Assembly: GCF_009914755.1 (NCBI RefSeq)
Contig: NC_060925.1
Length of the DNA: 64,000 bases
Reading direction: 5' to 3' (one strand)
DNA from: the human T2T-CHM13v2.0 reference genome, Homo sapiens
In this document: in pieces, positions 24,024 to 36,463 of the stretch
Position numbering within the stretch: the first letter of the stretch is position 1
How the letters are laid out: every line of letters begins with the position of its first letter
Program-made: the position numbers and the translations under genes
Notes under the pieces: model-generated
Database searches by the model: none
Told to the model about the DNA's origin: nothing
Seen by the model: the letters and a program-made list of their open reading frames with translations, nothing else

Positions 24024-24643
24024 ATTAATTAAAAAGCGTCTGACACAGTGCTGGCGCACAGTAGGCCCTCAGGCGATGGTAGCTGTGATGACTCATATAC
24101 TGAAAGTTCTGGGAGCCCTAAATTGAAATCTCTTGGCTGTCTGGCCACATTGCTCTGGCCTAGTACCGACGTCATCTCTCAGAGGAGATTAACAAAGACA
24201 AATCTTCAGACTGCATAGAAAATATCACTGATGATATGGTGAGGGGGTAAGTTGCTTGCCAAGGTCTTCGGAGTAATAGGAAAAGACAAGAGGGCCGGAT
24301 TATACAAGTGATAAAACGCTGACATCTCACACATACGACATGTGCTTGAAAGATGCACATTCAGATTCTTTTTAAGGGTAAAGTAACCTTTAAAAGTGAT
24401 TTATTCCTCCTCGGTTTAAAAAAAAATGTTTGAGAGGTAAAATATATGTGTGCGGCAACTTGAGTTTTCCCAAGTTAAACCCTTCCTCCTGCAATATATT
24501 CTCTCAGTGGGCTTTTTACTGGACGGTGATTATATCAATAGCACACTATGTTCACACGGGCAAGAGATCACACACATTTCTTCTGGAGTGAAACTGACTG
24601 TCAGTTTAGATTAGAAAATCTGGCTGGTTGACACAGGCAGGGA

Positions 24644-24646
<3 letters not shown>

Positions 24647-24698
<52 letters not shown>
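24647..24698. repeat. (GT)26 microsatellite
   Basis: Perfect dinucleotide run. Confidence 0.98.
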
Positions 24699-24700
<2 letters not shown>

Positions 24701-26234
24701 ATCTTAAAAGGAAAAAAGAAAAGAAAACAGCCACAGAGCAATGTAGCAATTTAAAGATACCATTCATTTTGTTGGGTTTTGTTTTCAATGAAAATATCAG
24801 GAAAGCATTCCCAGTAGATCACAGGGGACCCAAGAAAATGGAGAGGTGCAGCCCAGCAGACAAGAAAATGGGGCTTGCACTCTTGGGGGGCAGGTGTCAG
24901 GACCCTTCCCCAAGCCGGCAGGGTGACCTTGAACCTGTTGCTATTCCTCTCTGGGCCTCCATTCCCCCAATGTGTAAAACATGGACTCCTTGGTCTCTAT
25001 GATTCCTTCCAACTTCTAAAATTATAAATCAGTCAAAGATGAAGGATGATAAATGAAGGAGTGGAGAGGAGGCAGGAAGGACAATCTTATTGATCTTGAG
25101 ACTTTGATTCAAAGAACAAAAGTGAGAGGAAATGTCGCTCTCGGTGAGAATGTTGTGACTCACCCTGGATGAATGAGGCAGCAGAGTTGGTTAGATATCT
25201 TCACCTCTATCACCTCGATCTTCCCCATAGTCCCAGAAGGTGGGGATAATTATCCCCACTGCGTGAATGTGGCAGCTGTGACTCGCAGAGGTGGTGGGAC
25301 CTGCCCAAGATTGCATTGCTGGTGAGTCACCTGCCAGAGCTGGATTTCAACTGATTCCAAATTGCACACTCCTGTTCCAGCTGCCCAGACCTGAATTCTC
25401 AAGACAGAGCCTGAAGGAGGGACCTGAGGCTGCTCTGCCTCTCTCTGAGATGGCCACGAAAGCTGAGGTTGGGAGGGACTGCAGTGTGGGCTCACAGAGA
25501 GCTGCTGTCATTCTCCCAGGGCCAGTCACAGAGATCCTGCTCCTTTGCTAGTTAGGACCAAACAGGAAAATGGACTTTCAGCTTTGTATCTGGTGAAACT
25601 TGACTGGAGAAAGCTGTTTGGGCCTGAAAACAGAATGAGGCATCTCACTTTTCCCTCTAGGTCTAGGCAGGGACTCCCTGGGAGATGAGGTTTTTCAGGA
25701 GACCTGGGCAGTTGGCTGCCGGGAGAATCGCCACCCACAGCCCTTCATCCCTGGGAGCAGAGACCCCGAGAGAGGGGCAGACCTACCTGCAGAAGGTGGA
25801 CCCCAGCCCACATGCCAAGGAGGAACAGGGGCATGCACCACCTCAGGGTCAACTTTTGTGTTTGCCTCTTCCAGACCCACCCAGTAAACCAACTTCAGCC
25901 TGATCCCAGCGTCCCAAACTCAGTGTCTTCCACCCAGTAGGTGCTCCTGGGAGCTGAAGTAGCTCAGCAAGGCAGCAAAGATCAACTTGGCTAAAATTTG
26001 CCTGAAACCACTTTCAAAATGAAACACATCAGGGAACAAGTGGCTGGGTGGTGGTCAAGATGACCAAATTTTTTCTCTTCAGACTTCACCATTTCTTGAT
26101 TACACCCTGGGCAAACAGCGAGAGACAGAAATCACAGGAAAGGTGCTTCTGCTATACACAGTCCCAGGCAAGGTGTGCAGAGGTGAGACCCACCCCAGGT
26201 CTTCTGCTCCCACCCCAGGCCTAATTCACTGATC

Positions 26235-26410
26235 TCTGCATTTCCACATATCCCATGTCTCCTCCTGGGTGAGCTGTTGGTAGCTCAAACACAATATGTC
26301 CAAAAGTGAATTCAACTTCTCTCTAACCTAACTCTCACTGTGTTCCCAGGGTCCAAGGTTTGAGCAACTCTCCTAGTCACCCAATCTTGGAAACTCAGTG
26401 TCATCTTGTT
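26235..26410 (+). mobile_element. L2 fragment
   Basis: ctcaaacacaatatgtccaaaagtgaattc..gaaactcagtgtcatcttg. Confidence 0.65.
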
Positions 26411-26539
26411 ACACTTTGACAAAGAATTTTACTTAAGAAAATTGCCCAGCATTTTCTGAGATGCCCAGAAAACGCTGGAGAGCTGAACAAGGCTGGATCA
26501 CTTCAGACCAGACACAAAACGGCCATAGTTTATGAGCGA

Positions 26540-27260
26540 ACAATACATGTTTGATGAATAAATGGACAAACCCATGCATGAATAAAAGAGCAATGAATGA
26601 ATGAAGTCATGCATGAAAAAGCATATTAGTAAGTGAACGAATGAATGGATGAGCCAATTAAAGAAAGAATGAATAAATAAAAAGAAGTAAATGAGAGGTA
26701 GAATACCACTTATATTAAAATCTAAGAAAACAATATCTGAACAAAGTACAAATAAATGAAAGAAGAAATGGGGGCACTAATGATGGAAGAAAGGATATAG
26801 TCACACGTGAATGAGTGTGAGAAGTAATTTTTTGAGACAAGGTCTTGCTCTGTTGTGCAGGCTGGAGAGCAGTGACACCATCTCAGCTCACTGCAGACTC
26901 AACCTCCTGGGCTCAAGTTCTCCTCTCACCTTAGCCTCCTGAGTAGCTGGGACTAGCGGCACACACCACCATGCCCATCTAATTTCTGTATTTTTTGTAG
27001 ACATGGGGTCTCACCATGTTGCCCAAACTGGTCTCAAACTCCTGGGCTCAAGGCAATCCTCCTGCCTTGGCCTCCCAAAGTGCTGGGACTATAGGCAAGA
27101 GTCACCACGCCCAACATGAGAAAGAATTTTTAAATAGATTTTGAAACCGATGCAAGAGATGAATAATGAATAGTGAATGAATAAATGAGTGAATGAATGA
27201 AGTAAATGTACAAGGATTAACCAGCAAATGAGTAACTGAACCAATACATAAATGGATACA
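26540..27260 (+). repeat. Degenerate (TGAA/TAAA)n L2-tail-like tract interrupted by AluJ
   Basis: Recurrent aatgaatgaa/aataaatga on both sides of the Alu. Confidence 0.65.
26828..27115 (-). mobile_element. AluJ
   Basis: Full reverse Alu; approximate TSD tgagaagtaattt/tgagaaagaattt. Confidence 0.92.
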
Positions 27261-28290
27261 AATGGTGAAGGTGGTCCAGCCTTGATATGAGGGGGTGATG
27301 TGGTACAGGGAGGGATGCTGACAAACTCCATGGGAATTCAGTGGGACACCGTGGAGTTGAGGTCTTGGTAAACTAGCCACATTCCTCTTGGGGAAGATTT
27401 TTAAAGGGACTTCCATTTGAATTTAATAAGAATATTATTAAACAAATATCAGCTGACGCTAGCTGCTTTCCAGGATTAACTCTAGGTTCGTTGGAAAGAG
27501 CTCAATAGAATTGACGATACTGTTGTTCTGTTGCAGATAATTACCCATTACACAGCACCCCTCCAGCATGATTTTGATAATTGCTATTAAAATAAGGACT
27601 TCCACTGTCTCTTTACAAATTAACCTCCAAGAGGTGTAATTACTATCGTGGCAGGGAGGTTGGCTGTGTGGCCTGGGAATGATGGCTGGGGTTGAAGCTG
27701 TTGCAGTGACCACCTTGTGAGACCCGGCATGGGGTCCAGTAAGGAGGCATGAGACTAGGGTCTGGGGGCTCAGAAGTTCTGGGTTGCAGGCCCCATCCCC
27801 TGCCATGAAACATCACACAAGTCGTTCACCTGTTTGGGTCTCAGCTCCATTCCCTATGAAACTGAGGATGGTTCCCCTGAGCTCCCACAGCAATCCCCCA
27901 CCCACCCCAGGGAGAGCAACAGAGTCTTCTTTTGACATGTGCCGCCTCCCCAGACTAAGGATGGAGACCCCTCAGTGCATCTCAGCAGCAGCACGGGGCC
28001 TGGCATGTAGTAGGTGCTCAGTAAGCACTGGCCCAGGGAATTAATGAATGATCTTAGTGTACAGTGTATGTTTTAGGAGCTGCCCTGAGTCCCTTTCAAA
28101 AGAACTGTGGTTTGATGAACAGGTGCCTCTCACCACATGTCCTTGAGTCACTTGTCACTCCTCCAGCCATCCCTTGTTCCCTTGACTCCCCCAGTGTCTA
28201 CCTGTCTTGATCCCTCCTGCTGCCATGTGCTGCCTGTAACATTGGGTGGGCCTGGGAAGCATGGAAACAAGTAGGGGGGCTTGGGAACCC

Positions 28291-28355
28291 CCACTGCACT
28301 CCAGCCTGGGTGACAGAGACAGACTCTGTCTCAAAAAAAAAAAAGAAAAAGAAAA
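28291..28355 (+). mobile_element. Alu 3' terminal fragment plus A tail
   Basis: ccactgcactccagcctgggtgacagag..tctcaaaaaaaaaaaag. Confidence 0.88.
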
Positions 28356-28384
28356 TGGCCCAGCATTTTCTGAGACACCCAGTA

Positions 28385-28462
28385 GTGTGTGTGTGTCTGT
28401 GTGTGCGTCTGTGTGTGGTGTGTGTGTTATGTGTGGCATGTGGTGTGTGGTGTGTGTGTGTG
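28385..28462. repeat. Degenerate (TG)n
   Basis: TG-rich run. Confidence 0.9.
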
Positions 28463-29004
28463 AAGGGGAGAGGACGATGAGGCAGAAGAGGGAGTCTAGC
28501 CCAGTCACAGCAACCTTGATGCCCATGCTGAGGAGTGTGGTCTCATCTCATCCTACAAACACAGGGAGTGGGTGGGTTTCTGAAGCAGAACATGCACGGT
28601 CAGCTCTGCAGAGCCAGGTAACCCCTCCACTGAGCACTGGTTAATTCTTTATTCCATGTCCGGGGACATGGACTTTATTCCATGTCAGAGATCTAGAGGT
28701 GGCCCCTTAGTAGCCCCAGGGGAGTGTGGCCATGAGCTACCTTGGGGCTTCTTGCCTAAAGAACTTCCGGGGGAGATCAGTTCCAGGTCACCCCACCTTA
28801 GCTGATGGCATTAAGTGCAGAGATGCAGAGACTGTCCCCAGCCGGTCATCCGCATGGGCTCTGTCCAGAGGGCCATTCTGACTTGGATTCCCCCATGCCA
28901 TCTGCTCTGCTGTAGCAAGTCCAGCCTTGGGGGCTGGTTCCTGATTAGGGACAATTCTTCAATAATTAAATGACTAAAAGGTTTCTGAGAATGTAAGGAG
29001 CAGA

Positions 29005-29230
29005 AGAACCAGGGGCTTAGAGTCAGGCAGACCTGTATTTGAGTCTCAGCTGAGCCATGTCCTTGGGCAGGTTTCACTTCACCTTCCTAACCTTCATTGC
29101 CTCCTTGCTAAAGTGAATGACGACTCCTCTCTCGCAGGGTTATGAGGTAAGTTCAAATGAAAGAACATGGGTAAGACAGCACAGCACCTGGGACACGGGA
29201 AACAATTAAAACATGGCCACTGCTGTTACT
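29005..29230 (+). mobile_element. MIR
   Basis: ttagagtcaggcagacctgtatttgagtctcagct..ttgggcaggtttcac..acagcacctgggacac. Confidence 0.8.
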
Positions 29231-32200
29231 AAGTGAAGAGTAAAGATAAAGCAAGGATTGTCTTGGGAGAGACACTTCTTGCCTCTTTGTCCCTTTGGAA
29301 ATTTCCAATGGACTGCATGAGCCCATTAGATAATCTCTTATTCGTCTGAGAAAATAAAGCTTGACTGCAGAGAGCTTTATCTCCAAGAAGAAAAGAAAAA
29401 TGAAGACATCCACACTGTGATAAACATAAAATTCATTTCTTTACACAAGAACCTGAGAGCAAAGGGGTGAAGGGCAGCCACTTGCAGTATCCCCAGCATT
29501 GCAGTATCCCCAGCACTGAGGACTGGACAGGCAGAGTCTACAATGTCCCCACAATAGCTACAAGAGAATGTCATCCTCCCATTGTCCAGATGAAAAACTG
29601 AGGCTGAAAGCAGTGACATCATTAAGTCTTTTGCCCAAAGTCAAACACAGATATGAATGCCAGAGCCAGGCTCCTTCCTTCCTATTTGAACTTCTTTGAA
29701 CTACTTTGAACTTCTCGGGATTTCTTCTGCTGCCTTTTCTTTTCTTTTTGGCTCATTTCCTGCCATATACTGTATTGATCAAGTTTTTATTTCTTTTTAT
29801 CCTCTATTGATTTGTAAGTGGTACATTCTATTTCTCTTCCTTCTTGGTTAACCTTTATATTTTAATAAGCACACTTGACTTAACACTGTGTAAAGCAAAT
29901 CAATCTAGCTCCACTTCCTCTGAACAATACCCAGATCTCAGAACACATTGATTCTCACCCCTCTCCCATCTTAGTGTTGTGGTTGCTCCCTCCTTTGTGC
30001 CCCAAATTAGTTACATCGCTATTGTTGTTGTTATTGCTCCTGTGTGATGTAATCAATGCAAGTGCACCGATCCCTGCTCAGTGTGTCATCTGTGATCCAC
30101 TCCTTTCCTCTCCCAGCAGTGTTCTCCCTGGAGTACGTCATGCGTCTGTTTTCTCAGCAAATCCTGTGAGTGATAACATCACTCAGACTTTGTCTGAAAA
30201 TATCTTTCTTTCTCCCTCAATTTTAAATAATAGTTTAGCTGACCCTAGAATTCTACTTTTGAATTCTACTGCATTTCTCTTGGCCCTGAAAATATTACTC
30301 CATTGTTCTCTGGTCTCTATTGTTGCTGCTGGGAAGTCTGTTGTCAGTCTCACTGTCTTTCTTTAGGAGGTAATCAGGTCTTTCTCTGGTTGCCTTTTAT
30401 AACCCAAACTTTTGAATGATGCATAACATACATACCAAAAAATGCCCAAATCATAAGTATTCAGCTGGATACATTTTCACAAAGTGAACATAAAGCATTA
30501 CCAGCAAGCCCATTTGTAACCCCTCTCAGTAGCTATACCTCCGCCAAGGGTAACTGTTGTCCTGACTTAACAGGATAGCTTAGGTTAGCTTGTTTTTGAA
30601 CTTTAAAAAAATAGAATAATGTACTCTATACTCTTTTATGTCTGGTTTCTTTCTCTCAATATTATACTTGTGATATCCACATACATGATATATAGTTTTG
30701 GTTTGTTCATTCTCATTGTTTAATATCCTATGAACATATTGTATTTATTTATCCATCCTGTTGTTAATCAACATTTGGTTAACTTCCAGTTTGGGGCTAT
30801 AATAAATAACGATGCTATGAACATGATTGTACATGTCTTGCACATTTACAAGTAGAACTCATATGTCCTGGGATGGGATAGAATTTGCTGGGTCATAGAA
30901 TATTTCTTTTCATTTTCTAGTTTTCTAAAGTGGAAGCTTAGTTTATTGATTTTAGATTTTTCTTCTTTCCTAATATAGGTGTGTAATGTTGTAAATTTGA
31001 CCCTAAGCACCACTTTCTTTGCATCCTGAAAAATTTTTTAAGTTGTATTTTCATTTTCATTTAGTTCAAAATATTTTTAAATTTCTCTTAAGACTCCTTC
31101 TTTGGCCCATGTACTATCTAGAAATGTATTGTTTAGTTTCCAAATATTAGGGAATTTTTCAGCTTTCAGTTATTAATTTCTAGTTTAATTCCATTGTAGT
31201 CTAAGAATATACTTTGTACGATTTTCTTTTATAAAACGTTCATTAAAGCATGTTTTGTGGCCCAAAATGTGTTCTGTCTTGATGAATATTCCTTGTGAGT
31301 TTGAGAAGAATGTGTATTTTGCTGATATTGAAGGATGTGTTCTATCAATGTCAATTAGATCAAGTTGATTGACAGTGAAACATTATGAAGTCTTCTTTGT
31401 CTGAAATCATCATAGTATTCCAGCTTTCTTTTGACTAGTGTTAACATTATATATTTTTATCCATACCTTTACTTTTAACTGTCAGAGTCTTTACATTTAA
31501 AGTGGGTTTCTTACAGAAAACATGTAGGTTAGTCTTTGCTTTCTTATCCACTATCCACTATGACAATCTCTGTCTTTTAATTGATGTATTAAACTAATCT
31601 CATTTAAAGTGATTATTGATATATTTGACTTCATATCAACCATGTTTGTAGCTGTTTATATTTATTACCAGAGGCTTCCTTTTCTGCCTTCTCTAGTTTT
31701 AACTGAGCATTTCATATTACTCCATTTGATCCTCACTCAGTGTATCAATTACTTCTTTCTAAAAGAAAGATTAGTAGCTTCCCTCAAGTTCATAATATAT
31801 ACTTTTAACTAATCTGGGTCCACCTCCAAATAACACTATTCCACTTTACATATAGTACACCTGTCTTAGAGTATTCTCAATCCTTCTCTCCCATTCCTTG
31901 TGACAATGATGTCATTCATTTTATTTACCCATGTTATACTCACTGAATATATAGTTACTATTATTACTTTGAACCATTTAAACAAACAGTTCTAGATTAA
32001 GAATAAGAAAAATAATTACTTTTATCTTCATTTATTTTTTCTCCAACACTCTTCCTTTCTTCATATAGATCTAAGTTTCTGACCATATCATTTTATTCAT
32101 GCCTAAAGAAAATATTTTAATATTTCTTGCAAAATTTTGGCACCCCAGAGACTGTGACACCCAAGGTGTTTCTCCATCCTCACATTAATTCACACTCAGC

Positions 32201-32814
32201 CTCCAGCAATTTGTCAAAATTGCCATTTATGTGTTCCTATCACTTTATGGCCCCAGCAGCTTCTGCTTCAAGCAGGGAGATCTCAGCTGTGCCTCTCTGA
32301 ATTCACCTTTCTCTCATATTTTAGTGTGATGGTTTGCTCTGCAACCTCAGCTCTCTGAGGAAGCCAAGAAAAGTTGTGGATTTTCAGCTTGTCCAGCTTC
32401 TTCTTGTGAGAATGGGAATGACAATTTCCAATCTCTTCACATGTCAGATCTGAATTTATTTGTATTGCACCTGCTCAGATTCCTTTGGAAATTATGAATT
32501 CAGGTTTTTCATGTATTCTGTAAAATTTAATAAAGGTTTGTTGAAGCTTCTCATTGTCTCCTTCAGGTCTTTGAACTTCTCCACATTTTCCTTCTCTATT
32601 CCTTTCTGGATAATTTCCTATTGTCTATATCCTGGTAACTGATTATTTCACCAGTTCTACCTAATCTACTATTTAGTCTGCCCTTTAGGATTATTTTTTA
32701 ATTGCAATAATTATAAATTTTATTTTTAGACTTTCTATTTTTTCTAATGTGCTTATTCTTTCTTATAGTGTCTTATTCTATTCCTGTGATTTTTATTTTT
32801 ATGCTTTTAATCAC

Positions 32815-32822
32815 TATATATA

Positions 32823-32879
<57 letters not shown>
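32815..32879. repeat. (TG)n(TA)n compound microsatellite
   Basis: Direct. Confidence 0.95.
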
Positions 32880-32883
<4 letters not shown>

Positions 32884-32884
32884 G

Positions 32885-33278
<394 letters not shown>

Positions 33279-33478
33279 TAAATAGTTTTCTCATTTGTTT
33301 TGAAATTTGGGATTTTGAGTTCATCTTCAGTAGGGCTGTATCTGTGAGAACCCAGTGCAGACTGCGCTTCCTGATCTGCTCTAGACTGGCTTCTACCAGA
33401 TGCCTCAGAAGTTTCACCAGCCTATAACCAATTATAGGTAAATTGCCTAGTTTGGGAGTTTACAAAAAAAACTCTGTA

Positions 33479-33763
33479 GGCTGGGCACGGTGGCACACAC
33501 CTGTAATCCCAGCACTTTGGGAGGCAGGCAGATCACAAGGTCGGGAGTTTGAGACCAGCCTGGCCAACATGGTGAAACCCCGTCTCTACTGAAAATACAA
33601 AAAATTAGCTAGGTGTGGTGGCACATACCTATAATCCCAGCTACTCGGGATGCTGAAGCAGGAGAATCTCTTGAACCCAGGAGGAGGAGGTTGTGGTGAG
33701 AGGAGATCACGCCATTGCAACTCCAGCCTGGGTGACAGAACAAGACACTGTCAAAAAAAAAAA
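33479..33763 (+). mobile_element. AluS (Sg-like)
   Basis: ggctgggcacggtggc..gatcacaaggtc..; TSD aaaaaaa(c)tctgta. Confidence 0.93.
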
Positions 33764-34031
33764 TCTGTAATATAAATTAAAGCCACAAGTAAACCCTGTA
33801 GTCACTATAACCCAAGGAGGTTCTCTGTCCTCTCATAGGCCAAGCAGAAACTGACAAGCTCCCCTTTTGTTTCCCAGATCTTGGGAATAAACTATTTTTC
33901 TGGTATACTCTATCACTGAGGTTCAGCCCTTTAATGCTCCCAGCTTTATACAACTCCTTGCATTGTACTCAAGACATCATCTCCTGTCCCTGGAAGACAT
34001 TAAGCCCAAACCCTTAGCAGGGGACCAAGAG

Positions 34032-34614
34032 TGTTATGGGATCAACAGATTCATATGCCCACTGCTCAGTAACAGACCAATGCACTGAGACAGCAGGGAT
34101 GCAGCAGAGAAAGAGTGTAATGATCACAGGGTACTCAGTGAGAAAATGGGAGGAGACTCTCAAATCCATCTCCGCAAAAAGTTACAGGCTGAGGTTTTTG
34201 AGAGGACCATGGAGGGTGAGGGGCTGGAAAATTGGGGTCATTGATTGATCAAGGTAAGGGGGATGAGATCATCAGGACATGGAAACTGCATTCTTTGGGG
34301 AGTCAGCTTCCTTCAGACCAGCTAGCACCAGTGTTTCATTAGTATATAGGATCTGAAAGAATATCTCAAAAGGAATATGTAACATTTCCTAATGTTCAAT
34401 TTGTTATCTACAGAACAGTGCAGGGGAACTATCATCTTGTAACAGGGTCCATGTGATTCTGAGGCACCAAGCAGCAAACAACTTCAAGGAAGCAGGTCAG
34501 AGGGCAGCTGACCTAGCAGGTTAAGGCTGAACGTGCTGCAGGCTCAGTTTATTTTTCTTTCTTTCCCTCTCGTCTTCCCTGATTAATGTTATAAAGATTA
34601 TAAGGATGGTTTCA
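34032..34614 (-). mobile_element. ERV1 MER4-group solo LTR (LTR26/LTR29-like)
   Basis: Reverse strand begins TGAAACCATCCTTATAATCTTTATAAC and ends CATAACA. Perfect 4-bp TSD AGAG. Confidence 0.82.
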
Positions 34615-35159
34615 AGAGTGTTAACCTTGCTAACACAGCCTGCAGCATGGCAGCTGCTACCCCAGTTCCCACACTCACTTCCTACTCTGCTGTCAGTTCC
34701 TCTCCATCCCCTGAGATCTCCCTTTCCATTTTTCTACATTTGATAAAACATTTCTAGAGCTTATGCAGGGAACATTTTCAGGAGCAGAAGTCAGAACCTG
34801 GTCTCTAGGTTGGAGCTAGCTCCTGCCCCACCAGCTCTTGCCCTACCCACCCTAGGCACATCTGGCTCAGAGTCTGAGGGTCCCAGGGGTCACCCAGGGC
34901 CGGTATCCAGGAGGAAGCTGGGTATATGAGTCTGGGCTCAGTGCACGGGGCTGGGGTGTGGACACAGATGTGAAGTCTAGCACATGTGCTGATTACCATC
35001 CTTGGGAATAGACAAGGATTGTGTGAGCAGGGACATAAACTTTTGTGTCTGAGGCCTGGATCAGTGACAAATGTGAATGTGAACTTATGGGGCACCAAAT
35101 CCTGCTGCCTTTAGGAGTGGAACTAAAAGGATTCCTACAAGCCAAAGAAATGAGGCAGC

Positions 35160-35370
35160 TTGGGCCATGTCAATAGCCCAGGCTCTGGCATTGATGAGAT
35201 ATGTAACTTTGAGCAAGTCCTTTTTCCTCTCTGAGCCTCAGTTTCTTCATCCGTAAAGTGGGGATAATGCAGATCGCCTTCCAGAGTTGCTGTGAGGATC
35301 AGCTGGGATCACTCAGGTCCAGATATATCTACGGGCACATGAGGCGGGGGGGGGGCTCAATAAGTGCATA
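35160..35370 (+). mobile_element. MIR
   Basis: ctctctgagcctcagtttcttcatccgtaaagtggggataat. Confidence 0.9.
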
Positions 35371-35389
35371 AGGAGCCCCTGCTTTGTGC

Positions 35390-35590
35390 TCAGAGGCAGG
35401 TCAAGGTGTGATCAAAAAGGTGATGTTTGAGTTGGGCCTTAAAGCATCAAACTTAACCAGGTGGGAAGTGTAGGGAAACACATTCCAGGCAAGGAACACA
35501 GTATGTGCAAAGGCTGGGGATGCCAAAGAGTGTGGAATGTTCCGGGAGCATTGAGGCATTCTGTGTAGCTGGTGGGGCAGGGGCAAGATG
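35390..35590 (-). mobile_element. L2 fragment
   Basis: ggtgatgtttgagttgggcctt..cattccaggcaaggaacacagtatgtgcaaagg. Confidence 0.75.
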
Positions 35591-35974
35591 AGAGGAGGTA
35601 TAAATTCCATGGACATCTAGGAAGAGTTTAAGGGATAAATAAATAGAGAAAAGTGATCCCACGGGTCATAGTTGGCCACACGCTGAGTTTGGATAAGAAA
35701 AACGGAGCTTCTGGGACAACAGCTACCAAGAAACTGAGGTATCTGCACTCAGAGGGGTCCGCCCTCAGCCAGGGAGCAAACCCTCGCTCTGTGTATGGCA
35801 GAAGAACCCTTCCTGCTCCTGAGAACACAGGATTCCATGTGGCTCTTCCATTCAGATGGATGCCGGAGATCTGGACAGAGTCCCAAGCAGGACTTGGGTG
35901 ATTGCAGGGGTGGAATCAGCTGGCCTCACAAGAGGGAGCAATGATTTTATTTATCATCTGAATTAATTACTAAT

Positions 35975-36340
35975 AAGTATCATAGCTGACATCTATGGAG
36001 GAATTTCTATGTGCCAGGCACTGTTCTGTATATGAGCTTGTTTATTCCATATGACAAGTTCATGATGTAAATGTCATTATTATCCTCATTTTACAGAAGA
36101 GGAACTGAGGCACAGAGAAGCTGAGTTGACTAGAGGAAAGGGAGGAGGGCAGGGTGTGTGGCACAGATGTGGGAGTCAGGCAGGAGGAGTTCAGGTGTCT
36201 GTCTAGCCCCTCACCAGCTGTGTGGCCTTGAAAAAGTGACTGGTTTCTGAGCCTCAGAAACGGAGAGATAGAATATGACATCCGCAGGACCACAGGTGTG
36301 GTAGGGACTGCAGAGATGAGAGTGTTCCATACCTCCCTGA
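35975..36340. mobile_element. Two MIRs head-to-head (minus 35975-36130, plus ~36165-36340)
   Basis: attatcctcattttacagaagaggaactgaggcacagag followed by gagtcaggcagg..cagctgtgtggccttg..ctgagcctcag. Confidence 0.75.
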
Positions 36341-36345
36341 AGCAA

Positions 36346-36463
36346 GGGTCAGCACAAAGCCAATTGTGGGGGTCAGAACTGGGGTCAGCGCCAAGCCAAC
36401 TGTTAGGGTCAGAGCTGGAATCAGCACCAAGCCAACTGGCAGGGTCAACATGTCGGGTCAGAG
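36346..36463. repeat. 36-bp degenerate tandem repeat (~3.3 copies)
   Basis: Units start at 36346, 36382 and 36418. Confidence 0.85.

Noticed and set aside
29482-29515. 17-bp perfect tandem duplication (similar 10-13-bp ones near 16.9, 29.7, 37.9 and 57.0 kb)
   Set aside because: Ordinary slippage events with no wider structure.
29974-30366. 130-aa ORF with a signal-peptide-like Leu-rich start
   Set aside because: GTG start; lies in T-rich antisense old L1 sequence, which yields hydrophobic translations.
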